Part shown: one piece after another, positions 45,727 through 56,296 of the stretch | Position numbering within the stretch: position 1 is the stretch's first letter | Layout of the letters: each line of letters starts with the position of its first letter | Assembly (NCBI GenBank): GCA_026417615.1 | Contig: JAOACY010000033.1 | Location: 464 to 64,463 of the forward strand | Direction of reading: 5' to 3' | Length of the DNA stretch: 64,000 nt | Origin: Clostridia bacterium | Lineage (GTDB): Bacteria > Bacillota > Clostridia > Acetivibrionales > JAFADI01 | Translations under genes and position numbers: made by a program | Notes under the pieces: generated by a model | Database searches by the model: none | What the model was told of the DNA's origin: nothing | The model's input: the letters and a program-made list of their open reading frames with translations, nothing else

Positions 45727-47010
45727 TCATTGTATATCGTCAAGCTCCTGGAGAATCTGCCTTGCAGTTTTGCTTCCTATCAGGAGCTCCTTTGCAGATT
45801 TGTTCAGTCTGTTCTGTACATTACGTGGAAGGATGACAGTTAAAGGTGTTATATACTCGCTCATTCTCAGCTGCTCCCAGGATTGATTATACTTCAGCTT
45901 TTTATAATCAACCTCTAAAATATTTGAGCTTGATTTGGTCTCGTCAACATAAACCTGAGCCACTTCAGGCTGACTAAGGTAATCCAGCAGCAGATCGGCC
46001 TCATCCTTTTTGTGTGACCCGGAGAAAATTCCCATAAGAAATCCGGCGTTAGTCCCCGGCACCATTTTTGCCAGACCCTCATCATTATACGGTATGGGAA
46101 ACATGCCAAGCTCTATGGCTTTTTCAATTCCCGGCTCAATCATATCCATGGACCAGTCACCGGCCAGGCACATGGCAGCCCTTCCCTTTATAAACTCATT
46201 AAAGGCCTGATGATAACTCAAGTTTATTGAATCTTTCAATATGTATCCCTTCTTAATAAAGCTTTCCACATCTTCAAAAGATTGTACAATGGATGGGTGC
46301 ATCCAGGTTATCTCACCCGAATTAAGCTTCCTGAACCAATTACGGTCATATCCGGCAGAATTCCAAATCCTTATATAATAGATATAGCTGCTGACCCATT
46401 CGTCCCTGCAGCCCAAAACCATGGGGTTGACACCGTTTGCCTTAAGTATTCTGCAGGCTTCAAGAAATTCATTGTAGTTATTGGGTATCTCAATTCCATA
46501 CCTGTTAAAAAAAATCTTATTGTACCATATCCCCAAAACCCAGCTTTTATAAGGAACTGCAAAAACCTTTTTATCCTGCCTCAGCTCGGCTATGTCCTCT
46601 AAGGCCCTTAGCCTGTAATTGTTGATATAGTCCTTATCTGTCAGGTTTACAAGGTATCCGTTCTTCACAAAGCTCTCATAATCATTTTCCATTACCGCCA
46701 TTATATCCACGTTTTCGCCAGAGGACATCCTGGCTCTCTGCACCTCAGGATAATGCTGCCTCCCGTACTGCTCGAACTCCACCTTGATATTGGGATATTT
46801 CTGGCTGAAGGATGTGAATATTTCCCTGGGAAAATTGCTCCAGTGAATAAAATTAATTGTTACAGAGTCTTTTTTATTGGTTTCATTTTGCTCGCTGTTC
46901 AAAGCATTTATTGCCGCGCTGCCTAAAGCCGCAAGCTTAATTACACCAAGAGTAACAATCGAAGCTGCAACGATAATCAAAATGATCTTTGTCAAGGACT
47001 TCTTAATCAT
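45727..47010 (-). CDS. Membrane-anchored family-1 extracellular solute-binding protein (probable sensor accessory)
   Basis: A single N-terminal TM segment (IILIIVAASIVTLGVIKLAAL) followed by an SBP_bac_1-like domain. I prefer ATG 47010 (RBS GAGAGG) over the TTG at 47040. Confidence 0.75.
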   Translation of the reverse strand: MIKKSLTKIILIIVAASIVTLGVIKLAALGSAAINALNSEQNETNKKDSVTINFIHWSNFPREIFTSFSQKYPNIKVEFEQYGRQHYPEVQRARMSSGENVDIMAVMENDYESFVKNGYLVNLTDKDYINNYRLRALEDIAELRQDKKVFAVPYKSWVLGIWYNKIFFNRYGIEIPNNYNEFLEACRILKANGVNPMVLGCRDEWVSSYIYYIRIWNSAGYDRNWFRKLNSGEITWMHPSIVQSFEDVESFIKKGYILKDSINLSYHQAFNEFIKGRAAMCLAGDWSMDMIEPGIEKAIELGMFPIPYNDEGLAKMVPGTNAGFLMGIFSGSHKKDEADLLLDYLSQPEVAQVYVDETKSSSNILEVDYKKLKYNQSWEQLRMSEYITPLTVILPRNVQNRLNKSAKELLIGSKTARQILQELDDIQ

Positions 47011-47032
47011 TGTTTTCCTCTCTATGCTTTCA

Positions 47033-48103
47033 TTAATCAAGGAAAGAATCTACATTTGACTGATCAACCTCTATGAGGCCTGTATCTATTATAAATGGTA
47101 TAGGTGTAATCCCATTCTTCTTATCATCCTTTGAAAGGGATATTGTTGCATGATTGAAATCATACAGCAGCCGTGCTCCATAATATGTGAAAAGCTCCCT
47201 CTTCTGACCTATGAGTTTCTGTATTACGCCTTCTTTGCATAGTCTCAGGTGTACAGGCTCTATATCAATACATGTAACCTTCACTATTCCTTCTTTCTTG
47301 GCTTGTTTGACAGCAAGGCCTATGCCCGGGCCGCTGTTTACATCAAAGCCTGCAATTCCCGCTACATCGGGGTGCTTCTTCAGTATTTCTTCTGTTAACC
47401 TTTGTGATTCTTCTACACTGGCCATATCATCATATTCCCCAAGATAAACTATATCCGGGTAATTCTTCAAAACACTCTTGAACCCGTCAAAGCCCTGCTG
47501 CATGTTATCAGCCCCTCCTATTCCCATGGCGGCAACCTTACCCTTGCCTCCTATCAGCTTTACCATAGCTTCAGCCTGACGGACACCAATATTGAACCAG
47601 TTTGAACCTACATGCGCCATCCTTTTGCTTTCAACAAGATCCGCATCAACGGTAATTGTGGGGATGCCTGCATCCACAGCCTCATTCACTGCTTTTATAA
47701 GTCCCCGTTCCATACCAAGAACCATAAGGCCTGCCGGTCTTCTCTTAATTACTCTCCTGATTGCTTCAGCCTGGGCATTTATATCGTATTCATCCGGCCC
47801 CTCTATAGTCACCCTGACACCCATATCCCTTCCAAACTGCTTCAAAGCCTTGTGGTCATGATTCACAAACATTGACTGGTTGGCAATACATGAAACCCAC
47901 ACATATTCTTCCTCCTGAATAATGGACTTTGTGGGCATGGGCTGGTCAGCGCTCTCTTTATTGCTGCTTTTATTTTTTAAAATGACAGCAAAAATAATAC
48001 TAGAAATGACAATGCACAAGCATATTATGGCAACTATTTCGAAATGAATGCTCTTCTTTAAGCTCACCGCTGTTACCCCCCCCACATTTTTCAATGTCAT
48101 CAA
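47033..48103 (-). CDS. Membrane-anchored type I periplasmic-binding-fold sugar-binding protein (probable sensor accessory)
   Basis: An N-terminal TM segment (IVAIICLCIVISSIIFAVIL) followed by an RbsB/LacI-type PBP domain. Divergent from the kinase gene. Confidence 0.75.
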   Translation of the reverse strand: MMTLKNVGGVTAVSLKKSIHFEIVAIICLCIVISSIIFAVILKNKSSNKESADQPMPTKSIIQEEEYVWVSCIANQSMFVNHDHKALKQFGRDMGVRVTIEGPDEYDINAQAEAIRRVIKRRPAGLMVLGMERGLIKAVNEAVDAGIPTITVDADLVESKRMAHVGSNWFNIGVRQAEAMVKLIGGKGKVAAMGIGGADNMQQGFDGFKSVLKNYPDIVYLGEYDDMASVEESQRLTEEILKKHPDVAGIAGFDVNSGPGIGLAVKQAKKEGIVKVTCIDIEPVHLRLCKEGVIQKLIGQKRELFTYYGARLLYDFNHATISLSKDDKKNGITPIPFIIDTGLIEVDQSNVDSFLD

Positions 48104-48265
48104 AGAACAACAAAAATTATATCATATATTGCCTATGCTATAAACTAGTGGATAAATATTACTGTAAAACCAAAAATATAGTTTTTTGTTTGAAAGGATT
48201 TATAAAATTATTGTAGAATTATAATAGGTCAAGATACTATTCCGCACTTGGGGAAGAGGAGAAAA

Positions 48266-50086
48266 ATGAAGCTGTTCTCAACTATATTCAAGCTCTTTGG
48301 GAATATGAGCCTGCAGAAGAAACTTATAATCACTTATTTTGTTCTGATTTTCTTCCCCCTTTCAACCGTGGGACTCATAGCCTATAATATATCTGCGGCA
48401 TCAGTAAAATCTGAGGTTGCGAGGTATATTTCCGAAGTTCTGCAGCAGGTGAATGACAACATCGACAATACAGTTTATGAACTTGATCGAATGGCCTCTA
48501 TACTTATTTCCGACGAAGAGGTTCACAGGATACTAGCCAAGGATAAAAACAGGCCTTATGCAGAAATAATCAGGGATGAAGAAACTATGAACAACAAAAT
48601 CAACAGTCTGATAAACTTCAGGACAAATATAGAGGGCTTCTTCGTATTCAGCTACAACGGCGAGGTATATTCCTATAACGGTGCAAACAACAGCATACGT
48701 CTTGATTATACCTTCACAAGCACCCGCTGGTATGAAGTTATGAGATCCCTTAATATCAAAAAGCTTCTTCTTCCAACACATATTCAGGATCAGGTTCTTT
48801 CTTCGGGCCAAAAGAAGGTTGTCTTTTCCCTTATCCGGGAAATAAGCCCTATTGACACACGTAAGTCTCTTGGAAATATTTTGATTGACGTTAATACCGA
48901 TGCCATAAAAAAGATATGGGACAAGCTCAACACACAAAAATACCAGGAATTTGTCATTGTTGACAATAATAAAACCATTATATATCATACCAGGGAGGAG
49001 CACATTTCAAATCAATTCAGAAGCAATTATATAAGCAGAATACTTAAAAGCAGGAATGGAAGCTTTATTACGGAAGTAAACAACAGTCCGGCCCTTATCA
49101 CATATAATACGTCCCGGCTTACAAATTGGACCGTAATTAGCATCATACCTGTCAATATATTATATAAAAACATAAGAAATCTGGCATACATCATAGTTTT
49201 ATTTGTAACCTTGTGTATACTTCTGTCTTTTTTTATAGCTGTTGTCCTGAGCAGAAACATCACCAAACCTATTTCTACTCTTCGACAGCTTATGAAAAGA
49301 GCCGAGTCCGGTCAGTTTGACATAAATATTCCCGTTAAGAGCAAGGATGAAATAGGCGCTTTAAGCCTTAGCTTCAATAACATGATAACCAGGATAAACA
49401 GCCTTATTCAGACTGTTTACGAAACCAGGATCTTAAAAAAGGAGGCAGAGCTTAATGCTTTGCAAGCCCAGATAAATCCTCATTTTCTTTATAATACACT
49501 GCAAATTGTTGATATTATTGCAGAACAGGAAGGGATTGATGTTATTTCTACAGTCTGCAGGTCTCTGTCCAGAATGTTCAGGTACAGTATAAACAGAGGC
49601 AAGGAAATAGTTCCCCTGTCCAGTGAAATAGAACATGTGAAAGACTATATAAATATACAGAAGATCCGTTTTCAGGATAGGTTTGATGTTGTTTATGACA
49701 TTGAACCCTCCTTGTTGAAGAATAAAATTATCAAGCTGGTGCTTCAGCCTTTGGTAGAAAACGCTCTTTTGCACGGTGTTGAGAGCAAGAAGGAGAAATG
49801 TCTTATAACCATATCGGCCAAAAAATCACATGATCAAATAAAGCTGTATGTTGAGGACACGGGTATGGGAATGGATGAAAAGCAGCTGCACATTCTCATG
49901 GAATCAATAGATGATGAAATTGTCCATGCAGAGCTCGATGATACGGATAGAAGAAGTATTGGGCTTAAGAATGTAAATGCCAGAATTCGTTTGTATTTTG
50001 GTGAAAAATATGGTATTACTATTGACAGCAAGCTGAATGTTGGCACAAGGGTTACTGTGACAATTCCTGAAGATGTTCATTTATAG
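48266..50086 (+). CDS. Sensor histidine kinase (YesM/LytS-type: 2 TM, extracellular domain, HAMP, His_kinase, HATPase)
   Basis: LNALQAQINPHFLYNTL (His_kinase PF06580-type), LVENALLHG and DTGMGM ATPase motifs. I prefer ATG 48266 over the TTG at 48248. Confidence 0.9.
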   Translation: MKLFSTIFKLFGNMSLQKKLIITYFVLIFFPLSTVGLIAYNISAASVKSEVARYISEVLQQVNDNIDNTVYELDRMASILISDEEVHRILAKDKNRPYAEIIRDEETMNNKINSLINFRTNIEGFFVFSYNGEVYSYNGANNSIRLDYTFTSTRWYEVMRSLNIKKLLLPTHIQDQVLSSGQKKVVFSLIREISPIDTRKSLGNILIDVNTDAIKKIWDKLNTQKYQEFVIVDNNKTIIYHTREEHISNQFRSNYISRILKSRNGSFITEVNNSPALITYNTSRLTNWTVISIIPVNILYKNIRNLAYIIVLFVTLCILLSFFIAVVLSRNITKPISTLRQLMKRAESGQFDINIPVKSKDEIGALSLSFNNMITRINSLIQTVYETRILKKEAELNALQAQINPHFLYNTLQIVDIIAEQEGIDVISTVCRSLSRMFRYSINRGKEIVPLSSEIEHVKDYINIQKIRFQDRFDVVYDIEPSLLKNKIIKLVLQPLVENALLHGVESKKEKCLITISAKKSHDQIKLYVEDTGMGMDEKQLHILMESIDDEIVHAELDDTDRRSIGLKNVNARIRLYFGEKYGITIDSKLNVGTRVTVTIPEDVHL

Positions 50087-50098
50087 GGGGAATATGGT

Positions 50099-51727
50099 AT
50101 GGAACTGAAAATACTGGTCGTAGATGATGAAGAAATAATCAGAAAAGGTATTAAGACAAAAATCGAGCGGCTGCTTCCCCATGTCAAGGTGGTAGGTACG
50201 GCCCAAGATGCATCCGAAGGCCTTGAGATGGTTAAAGAATACCGTCCAAATATAGTCGTCACCGACATTCGCATGCCTGAAACAGATGGTCTTCAGTTTA
50301 TAGAAATGGCAAGGAAAATTAATTCGCGACTGAAGTTTGTAATCGTTAGCGGATATCAGGATTTTGAATATGCAAGAAAGGCTCTCTGCCTCGGAGCCAA
50401 TGAATATTTGCTTAAGCCTGTGGAAAATGAACAGCTGAAAGCCATATTAACCCAGCTTGAAAGCACTCTCGAAACAGAAAGCAGTAGGGATACGGAGCTT
50501 GCCGCTCTTAAGTCACAAGCCAGAAACGGCACAGACTATTTGAAAAACAAGTATCTTAATGATTTGACAGCTCATGTCAACGATTTTGATGTGAAGCATA
50601 TAACAAATAACCTTGAGATACTTGGCATAGTCTTCGATAAAAGGCTTTATACAGTTCTAAACTTAATAATACTCCCTATGGATAATTCTTTCTTCTCCAG
50701 TACAAGGGAAGATATTTCCCTGGCGAAATTTGCTGTAAGAAATATTCTGGAAGAATTATTATCCCCCGCAGGCTTAGTTGTGACCTTTGAACATCTTAAA
50801 GAAGACAATCAGGTAGCCGTAATAATAAACCACGACAAAGCCCTGACGGCAGCGGAGGGGTTTGACCTTCACGCCGCCTGCGGCAGTATAGTTTACTCCA
50901 TTAATAAATATTTAAAGCTTTCGGTTTCCTTAGGTATCGGGAAAAGCTATGATTCAATCAGGAATGTGCCTGACTCTTATATTGAATCCTTTACTGCTGC
51001 AATTCAGAAAATCACTATGGGTGAAAACAAGGTTATAAGCTTTGACCAGTTGCCGGACAGCAGCCGTATAGACTTTTTCCTTCATGAAGAGAGCAAGCTG
51101 CTTCTTATAAACTACATCAAGGAAGGGAACCACAAAAAAGCCCAGGAAATTGTGGGTAAAATTTTCAATGACATAAAAAAACAAAACCTCACATACAGCA
51201 ATATTAAGCTTCTTTATATTGATCTGATGCTGCTCTTCAGCCGAACTGTCAAAGAATCTGGAGGAAGCTGGGATAAAATATTCAGGGAAGATATTTTTTC
51301 AGAAAAATGGCTGGTCCAGTACTCAACCCTTGATTCATTGTACATGTGGCTGAAAGAATGCATACTTGGCATTTGCAGTTACCTGGAAAACCTCACAAAA
51401 AGCCATGGCAAAAAGGTTATTGATGAAATCAGGGAGTTTATAAACAATTATTACTACACAGATATCAGCCTTAATGACATGGCAAACAAATACTACCTCA
51501 ACCCCAACTATTTGAGCCAGCTGTTCAAAACTGAAACAGGAGAGAACTTTATAGATTATTTAACCAAGGTAAGAATGGACAAGGCCAAAGACCTGCTGAT
51601 TAATACAGATTTGAAAGCCCTCAAGGTTGCCGAGATGGTAGGATACCCCAATCCCAGATATTTCAGCGAAGTGTTCCAGAAGTACTTTGGTTCGACTCCA
51701 ACTGAGTTCAGGAAATGTAAAGAGTAA
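50099..51727 (+). CDS. Response regulator with AraC-type output (YesN-like)
   Basis: Receiver domain (ILVVDDEEI...VVTDIRMPETDG) plus a C-terminal AraC HTH (YLSQLFKTETGENFIDYLTKVRM...GYPNPRYFSEVFQKYFGSTP). Confidence 0.9.
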   Translation: MELKILVVDDEEIIRKGIKTKIERLLPHVKVVGTAQDASEGLEMVKEYRPNIVVTDIRMPETDGLQFIEMARKINSRLKFVIVSGYQDFEYARKALCLGANEYLLKPVENEQLKAILTQLESTLETESSRDTELAALKSQARNGTDYLKNKYLNDLTAHVNDFDVKHITNNLEILGIVFDKRLYTVLNLIILPMDNSFFSSTREDISLAKFAVRNILEELLSPAGLVVTFEHLKEDNQVAVIINHDKALTAAEGFDLHAACGSIVYSINKYLKLSVSLGIGKSYDSIRNVPDSYIESFTAAIQKITMGENKVISFDQLPDSSRIDFFLHEESKLLLINYIKEGNHKKAQEIVGKIFNDIKKQNLTYSNIKLLYIDLMLLFSRTVKESGGSWDKIFREDIFSEKWLVQYSTLDSLYMWLKECILGICSYLENLTKSHGKKVIDEIREFINNYYYTDISLNDMANKYYLNPNYLSQLFKTETGENFIDYLTKVRMDKAKDLLINTDLKALKVAEMVGYPNPRYFSEVFQKYFGSTPTEFRKCKE

Positions 51728-51769
51728 AGGTCAGAATTATGTCTTATTGCGGACATCTGACTGCTTTGG

Positions 51770-51799
51770 TTGCGGTCATAAGGCCCGCTGTGATATAAT
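51770..51799 (+). promoter_or_regulatory. Candidate promoter of the MFS gene
   Basis: TTGCGG-18 nt-TATAAT with a TGA extended -10. Confidence 0.5.
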
Positions 51800-51831
51800 A
51801 CATTTAATCAGTTAAAAACATTGGAGAAAAC

Positions 51832-53244
51832 ATGAGCAGTCAGCAGCGTATTTCAGGCAGTGAACTTAGAAGAAGTTTAAATATAAACATACTGGCAATA
51901 ACTTTCGGAATGGTGTTCTTTACTGTATTCGGCGCTCCGGTGGGATCACCGCTTTTTACTGGTTTTATGCGCTCCCTGGGGGCCGGAGACCTGGTTTATG
52001 GAATTGTAATGGCGCTTCCTGTACTTGGAGCCCTCGCGCAAATATTAGGGTCCTACTTCCTTGAGAGTACCGGAAAAAGAAAACTTCTCTTTCTGGCCGC
52101 CGGCTTTGTTCACCGTTTTTTATGGATTCCAGTTGCCTTAATTCCGTTGCTGGTACCGGCTGTTCATCAATCAGTAAGAATATGGTCTATTACTCTGCTC
52201 ATTACCATCTCAGCTATTGCAAACTCAGTTGCCACGACTGCTTTCTGGTCCTGGATGGGAGCACTGGTTCCCATGGAAATCAAAGGCAGATTCTTTAGCA
52301 ACAGAACCATGATTAGCACAATTGCCGCGGCCGTCACAGCTCCAATTGTAAGTTATGTGGTTGACCGTGTTCACGGTTTCAACGGCTTTGCCGTAATCTT
52401 TACTGTTGCAGCTCTTTTTGGCGCAGCCGATATTTTTTGTTTTATATTCATTAAGAATCCTGTGATGGAATTGCCCAAGGAAAAAACACCCTTGCTGAAA
52501 TTGTTCTTTGAACCCTTCACAAATCGGAATTATATGCGTTATATAACATTTGTCACAGTTTGGTGCTTTGGTGTCAATTTTGCCGCACCATTTTTCAACG
52601 TTTATATGATTGAGCATCTGAAAATGAGTTATTTGACCTTGGCTCTTTTTGCCCAGGTTGGTGGAAATATTACAACCATACTTTTTATCCGGCGTTGGGG
52701 GCGGCTGGCTGATTTGTATGGCAACAAACCGGTTATCAAGCTTTGCTGTTCCGTTATATGTATCCTTCCTATTTTGTGGCTTTTCGCAACAACTGAAAAT
52801 ATCTGGATTGTTTTGCTTATTAATATACTCGCAGGCTTATGCTGGCCCGGCTACGAAATGGCCGCATTGAACCAGTCGGTCTGGCTGGCTCCGGAGAAGA
52901 ACCGCTCCATCTACGTTGCAGTCTACTCACTTGTCACATCGGTGTTTGGAGTAGCTTTTGCATATATTTGCGGGGGAGCATTCATGCAGTATTCAAGATC
53001 ATTTTTTCATAACCTTTCTCTTCCTTTTTTCCTGGGTCAGACGCTAAGCAGCTATCATGTGCTTTTTTTAATTTCCAGCTTCGTGAGGCTCCTGGCTTTG
53101 ACTGTCTTTCTCCCCAGAGTCAGAGAGGAGCACGCCTCCTCAGCTTTACAGGTAATGAATAATATATGTGGTTTTTTTACAAAAAAATTTAACGCAAAAA
53201 ATGGAGCAACAAAAAAAGGCGGTTCAAGAATGACACCTTTTTAG
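51832..53244 (+). CDS. MFS transporter
   Basis: 470 aa with about 12 hydrophobic segments. Confidence 0.8.
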   Translation: MSSQQRISGSELRRSLNINILAITFGMVFFTVFGAPVGSPLFTGFMRSLGAGDLVYGIVMALPVLGALAQILGSYFLESTGKRKLLFLAAGFVHRFLWIPVALIPLLVPAVHQSVRIWSITLLITISAIANSVATTAFWSWMGALVPMEIKGRFFSNRTMISTIAAAVTAPIVSYVVDRVHGFNGFAVIFTVAALFGAADIFCFIFIKNPVMELPKEKTPLLKLFFEPFTNRNYMRYITFVTVWCFGVNFAAPFFNVYMIEHLKMSYLTLALFAQVGGNITTILFIRRWGRLADLYGNKPVIKLCCSVICILPILWLFATTENIWIVLLINILAGLCWPGYEMAALNQSVWLAPEKNRSIYVAVYSLVTSVFGVAFAYICGGAFMQYSRSFFHNLSLPFFLGQTLSSYHVLFLISSFVRLLALTVFLPRVREEHASSALQVMNNICGFFTKKFNAKNGATKKGGSRMTPF

Positions 53245-53266
53245 AATCATTCCTGAACCGTTTTTG
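53221..53266. terminator. Bidirectional terminator between the MFS gene and cluster 2
   Basis: GGTTCAAGAATGA-13 nt-TCATTCCTGAACC (one mismatch), flanked by AAAAAAAGGC upstream and GTTTTTG downstream. Confidence 0.6.
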
Positions 53267-53275
53267 TACGTCAGC

Positions 53276-53887
53276 TTATTTGTGCAGTTCCTGCTTAAGC
53301 TTGGCGCCTACCGCTCCGTGATTGTGATTGTAGTAGAAAGCCCTGTCTGTAAACTGGGGACAGCGTGTGAGTTCATCACAAATTGCATCAAACACTGAAA
53401 TGATAGCTATAATGCTGGCCGTAGGGAGCATATGGCGATGATCTGATTCCTTTTCCACAACAATGCTCATGCAGATATCTGCAGCTGTCGCCAGCTTTGA
53501 ATCTCTCTTTTCCGTGATGGCTATCAGGCTGACACCCTTTTCCTTGATTGATTCCAGCAGATTGACCAGTTCCTCTGTGTTTCCGCCTTTCGAAAGCGCT
53601 ATTATCAGGTCTCCGGGCTGAACCGCGCCAAAGGCTCCGTGGGCTGCGTCTCCTGCTGAAACAAAGAATGAAGGAATGTTTGCAACGCACAGCATATGTG
53701 CTATCTTGCGGGCTGCAACACCGGATGTTCCCATTCCCATTGTTGCCACCTTGCCTTTGCAGTTTAAAATAGCTTCAAATACTGCAGCGTATTCATCGGG
53801 GTTAACAATCTGCGCTAGAGACTTTAAGGCTTTTGCATTTATATCCCACATTTGGCATGCATTCTCAAATATTTGTTTTTTATCCAT
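53276..53887 (-). CDS. Single-SIS-domain sugar-phosphate isomerase-like protein, cluster 2 (paralog of 38979..39587)
   Basis: GKVATMGMGTSGVAARKIAHML and LSKGGNT motifs. Same length as the cluster-1 SIS protein and collinear with it. Confidence 0.8.
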   Translation of the reverse strand: MDKKQIFENACQMWDINAKALKSLAQIVNPDEYAAVFEAILNCKGKVATMGMGTSGVAARKIAHMLCVANIPSFFVSAGDAAHGAFGAVQPGDLIIALSKGGNTEELVNLLESIKEKGVSLIAITEKRDSKLATAADICMSIVVEKESDHRHMLPTASIIAIISVFDAICDELTRCPQFTDRAFYYNHNHGAVGAKLKQELHK

Positions 53888-53909
53888 GACGTTCTCCTCT
53901 TCTCATTTA

Positions 53910-54962
53910 TTACGGTTTATATACTACTTTCAAAGCTTTGCCAGATACCGCCAGGTCTACGCCCTCAGCAAAGCTTTCAAGCGGAAGTACGTGTGTGACC
54001 AGCTTTTCCCCCGGAATTCTTCCGGAAGCCATCATTGAAAGTGCCATTAAATGATGACGAGGTGCAAAGGTTGTTGTACCGATAAGGTGCAGTCCCCTGT
54101 AATGTATAAGGTTTGTGTCAATGCCCGGCTTGCTGTTGTCATGAGGCAGACCTCCAAACAAAAGAATCCTGCCGCCTTTCTTTGCCATCTCTACTGCCTG
54201 TACCTGTGTCTGTCCCGCGGGGTTGGCTGTTATTACAACATCTGCACCCTTGCCGTTTGTAAGCCTTCTGACTTCTTCCACCAGATTGACTTTTGAGGCA
54301 TCTATTGTATGGTCAGGTCCGAAAGGCTCGCAAAGCTTGAGGCGGTCTTCCGATACATCTGCCACAATAATTTTTTCAGCGCCTCTTGCCCTTGCTATGC
54401 TTATGTGAATGCAGCCTATTGGACCGCTTCCTATTATAACCACAGTGTCGCCAAGCCCCACCTGCCCCTTTTCCTGGGCGTTTACACAGGAGGATGCGGG
54501 TTCTGCGACTGCAGCTATAATTGGATCCAGACCCTCGGGAACCTTTTGAATGGTTCCCAGTGCAAGTGCTTCCTCCGGCAGCGCCATATATTCGGCAAAC
54601 CCACCTTTCCAGTGCTGGGCAAGCTCTCTTGAATTGTCGCAAAGCTCATATCTTCCCGCAACACAAAATTCACAGGTTCCGCAGTAAACTACCGGAGCAA
54701 TGGCAAGTATGTCACCCAGCTTCCATTGTCCTCTGTATCCTGTTCCCACCTCCATAACCTCTCCGCTCACTTCATGTCCGGTAGTCCAGGGGAGAGAGAT
54801 ATTCTTATGCCCGCTTTTTAGCGTCCTCAAATCAGAGCCGCACAAGCCACAGGCTATAACCCTGACAAGCAGTCCTCTTTCAGGGCAGGCGGGCTTATCA
54901 ACCTCCTTAACCGAGTATTGCATCGGTGCATCAAGCACCATCGCCTTCATCTTGTTACTCAT
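53910..54962 (-). CDS. Zinc-dependent alcohol/polyol dehydrogenase, cluster 2 (paralog of 37922..38968)
   Basis: [27 protein letters not shown] and GSGPIG motifs. I prefer ATG 54962 (GGAGG 5 nt upstream). The track start at 55049 would overlap the upstream gene. Confidence 0.9.
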   Translation of the reverse strand: MSNKMKAMVLDAPMQYSVKEVDKPACPERGLLVRVIACGLCGSDLRTLKSGHKNISLPWTTGHEVSGEVMEVGTGYRGQWKLGDILAIAPVVYCGTCEFCVAGRYELCDNSRELAQHWKGGFAEYMALPEEALALGTIQKVPEGLDPIIAAVAEPASSCVNAQEKGQVGLGDTVVIIGSGPIGCIHISIARARGAEKIIVADVSEDRLKLCEPFGPDHTIDASKVNLVEEVRRLTNGKGADVVITANPAGQTQVQAVEMAKKGGRILLFGGLPHDNSKPGIDTNLIHYRGLHLIGTTTFAPRHHLMALSMMASGRIPGEKLVTHVLPLESFAEGVDLAVSGKALKVVYKP

Positions 54963-54975
54963 ATTAGCCTCCATT

Positions 54976-56271
54976 TTATCTTTCATTCTCAAACATGGAA
55001 TCCTGCATTTTTCTAAGCTTGTATACAAAAGTGGAGTTGTCGGGAGCAAAGTTATCCTCTGTCAGCATTTCTCCTTTTTTGATATCGCGGATAACTTTTC
55101 CGTTTGGCGCTATACCCATGGGTATACCCTTCTTTGCGCGGGCTTCTTCGTAAGTGTATATTCTGTTAAATATATCCGCACTGCCTATTCCGCCTATCTG
55201 TTCTCCGGCCTTCAGGTCTCTCTTAGCCATTGAAACAACTTCAGAATGCATTGCTTTTGCAGTTACCGTGGGTTCTCCGTATATAACAGCTTCTGCAAGA
55301 GCGATAGGAGTCTCGATATTACAGAGGTGGTAAGGCCTGAAGAACAGGAAGTAAGGACCGTCGCCCATGGACACGAACCTCATGTCGCTTATTATCCTTG
55401 GTTCATCAGTTGCTACTATGGCAAAGACTCCAGGCGCTATTTTCCCGGTTGAATAGTCCACGCAGCCTTTTTTGCTCAGTATTCCTCCATCGGACTTTGG
55501 AATAAATACCTTTGTAAGGTCATCAAGTTCAACCTTAGGACCGTTCATACCTGGAACATCAGGCAATAATCCCGTTGCATTAGAAACTGCAGCCATCTCT
55601 ACCATTGTTTTAGTGCCATCTATAAAGGAAGCCAGCATCTTGGGGTTCATTCCCTTGCTTTCAGCTTCCGCCCTGCACATGTCAGGAGTTATATCGTAGT
55701 TGATTGGGTTATTCTTTCCTTTTCCAAGGCACACTACTTCAAAGCCCATGGTCCTTGAGAAATCATACAGCATTTTGCACACGGCAGGCTCGTCTCCGGC
55801 AGCTACAGTGTAAACGCAGCCTGTTTTTCTTGCCAGGCGGTCAAGCATAACACCAACAGTAACGTCCGTTTCAACATTAAGCATGACAATGTTTTTACCG
55901 TTTGTTATTCCAGTCCATGCAACCTTAGCACCTATTTCAGTAATACCCGTAGCTTCAATTACTCCGTCCAGGTTATCCAGCTGTGCCAGCAGCAACGCAT
56001 CTTCAGTGACAAGATACTTTCCTGCCTTTAATACATCCTCCGCCTCGGAGCGTTTGTTGGTAACACGGATGCATTCTTCAGGTATGCCAAGGCTTTTCAG
56101 AACAGCTTTCGGACGCTCTATATCTATATCTGAAATTGCAAAGGTTTCAAGCCCCTGCATCCTGCGTGTAACATGCACAAGTCCGGAACCCATCTGTCCG
56201 CATCCAACAAGGCCTGCACGTATAGGTTTTCCGTCTGCTTCCCTCTTTTGTAAGTGTTTTAATAGTTCCAT
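54976..56271 (-). CDS. NAD(P)-binding oxidoreductase with C-terminal SAF domain (COG4091-like), cluster 2
   Basis: [34 protein letters not shown] and [16 protein letters not shown] motifs. Collinear with 36525..37808 along its whole length. Confidence 0.7.
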   Translation of the reverse strand: MELLKHLQKREADGKPIRAGLVGCGQMGSGLVHVTRRMQGLETFAISDIDIERPKAVLKSLGIPEECIRVTNKRSEAEDVLKAGKYLVTEDALLLAQLDNLDGVIEATGITEIGAKVAWTGITNGKNIVMLNVETDVTVGVMLDRLARKTGCVYTVAAGDEPAVCKMLYDFSRTMGFEVVCLGKGKNNPINYDITPDMCRAEAESKGMNPKMLASFIDGTKTMVEMAAVSNATGLLPDVPGMNGPKVELDDLTKVFIPKSDGGILSKKGCVDYSTGKIAPGVFAIVATDEPRIISDMRFVSMGDGPYFLFFRPYHLCNIETPIALAEAVIYGEPTVTAKAMHSEVVSMAKRDLKAGEQIGGIGSADIFNRIYTYEEARAKKGIPMGIAPNGKVIRDIKKGEMLTEDNFAPDNSTFVYKLRKMQDSMFENER

Positions 56272-56296
56272 TTTTATTACTCCCCTTCAGTGATAT

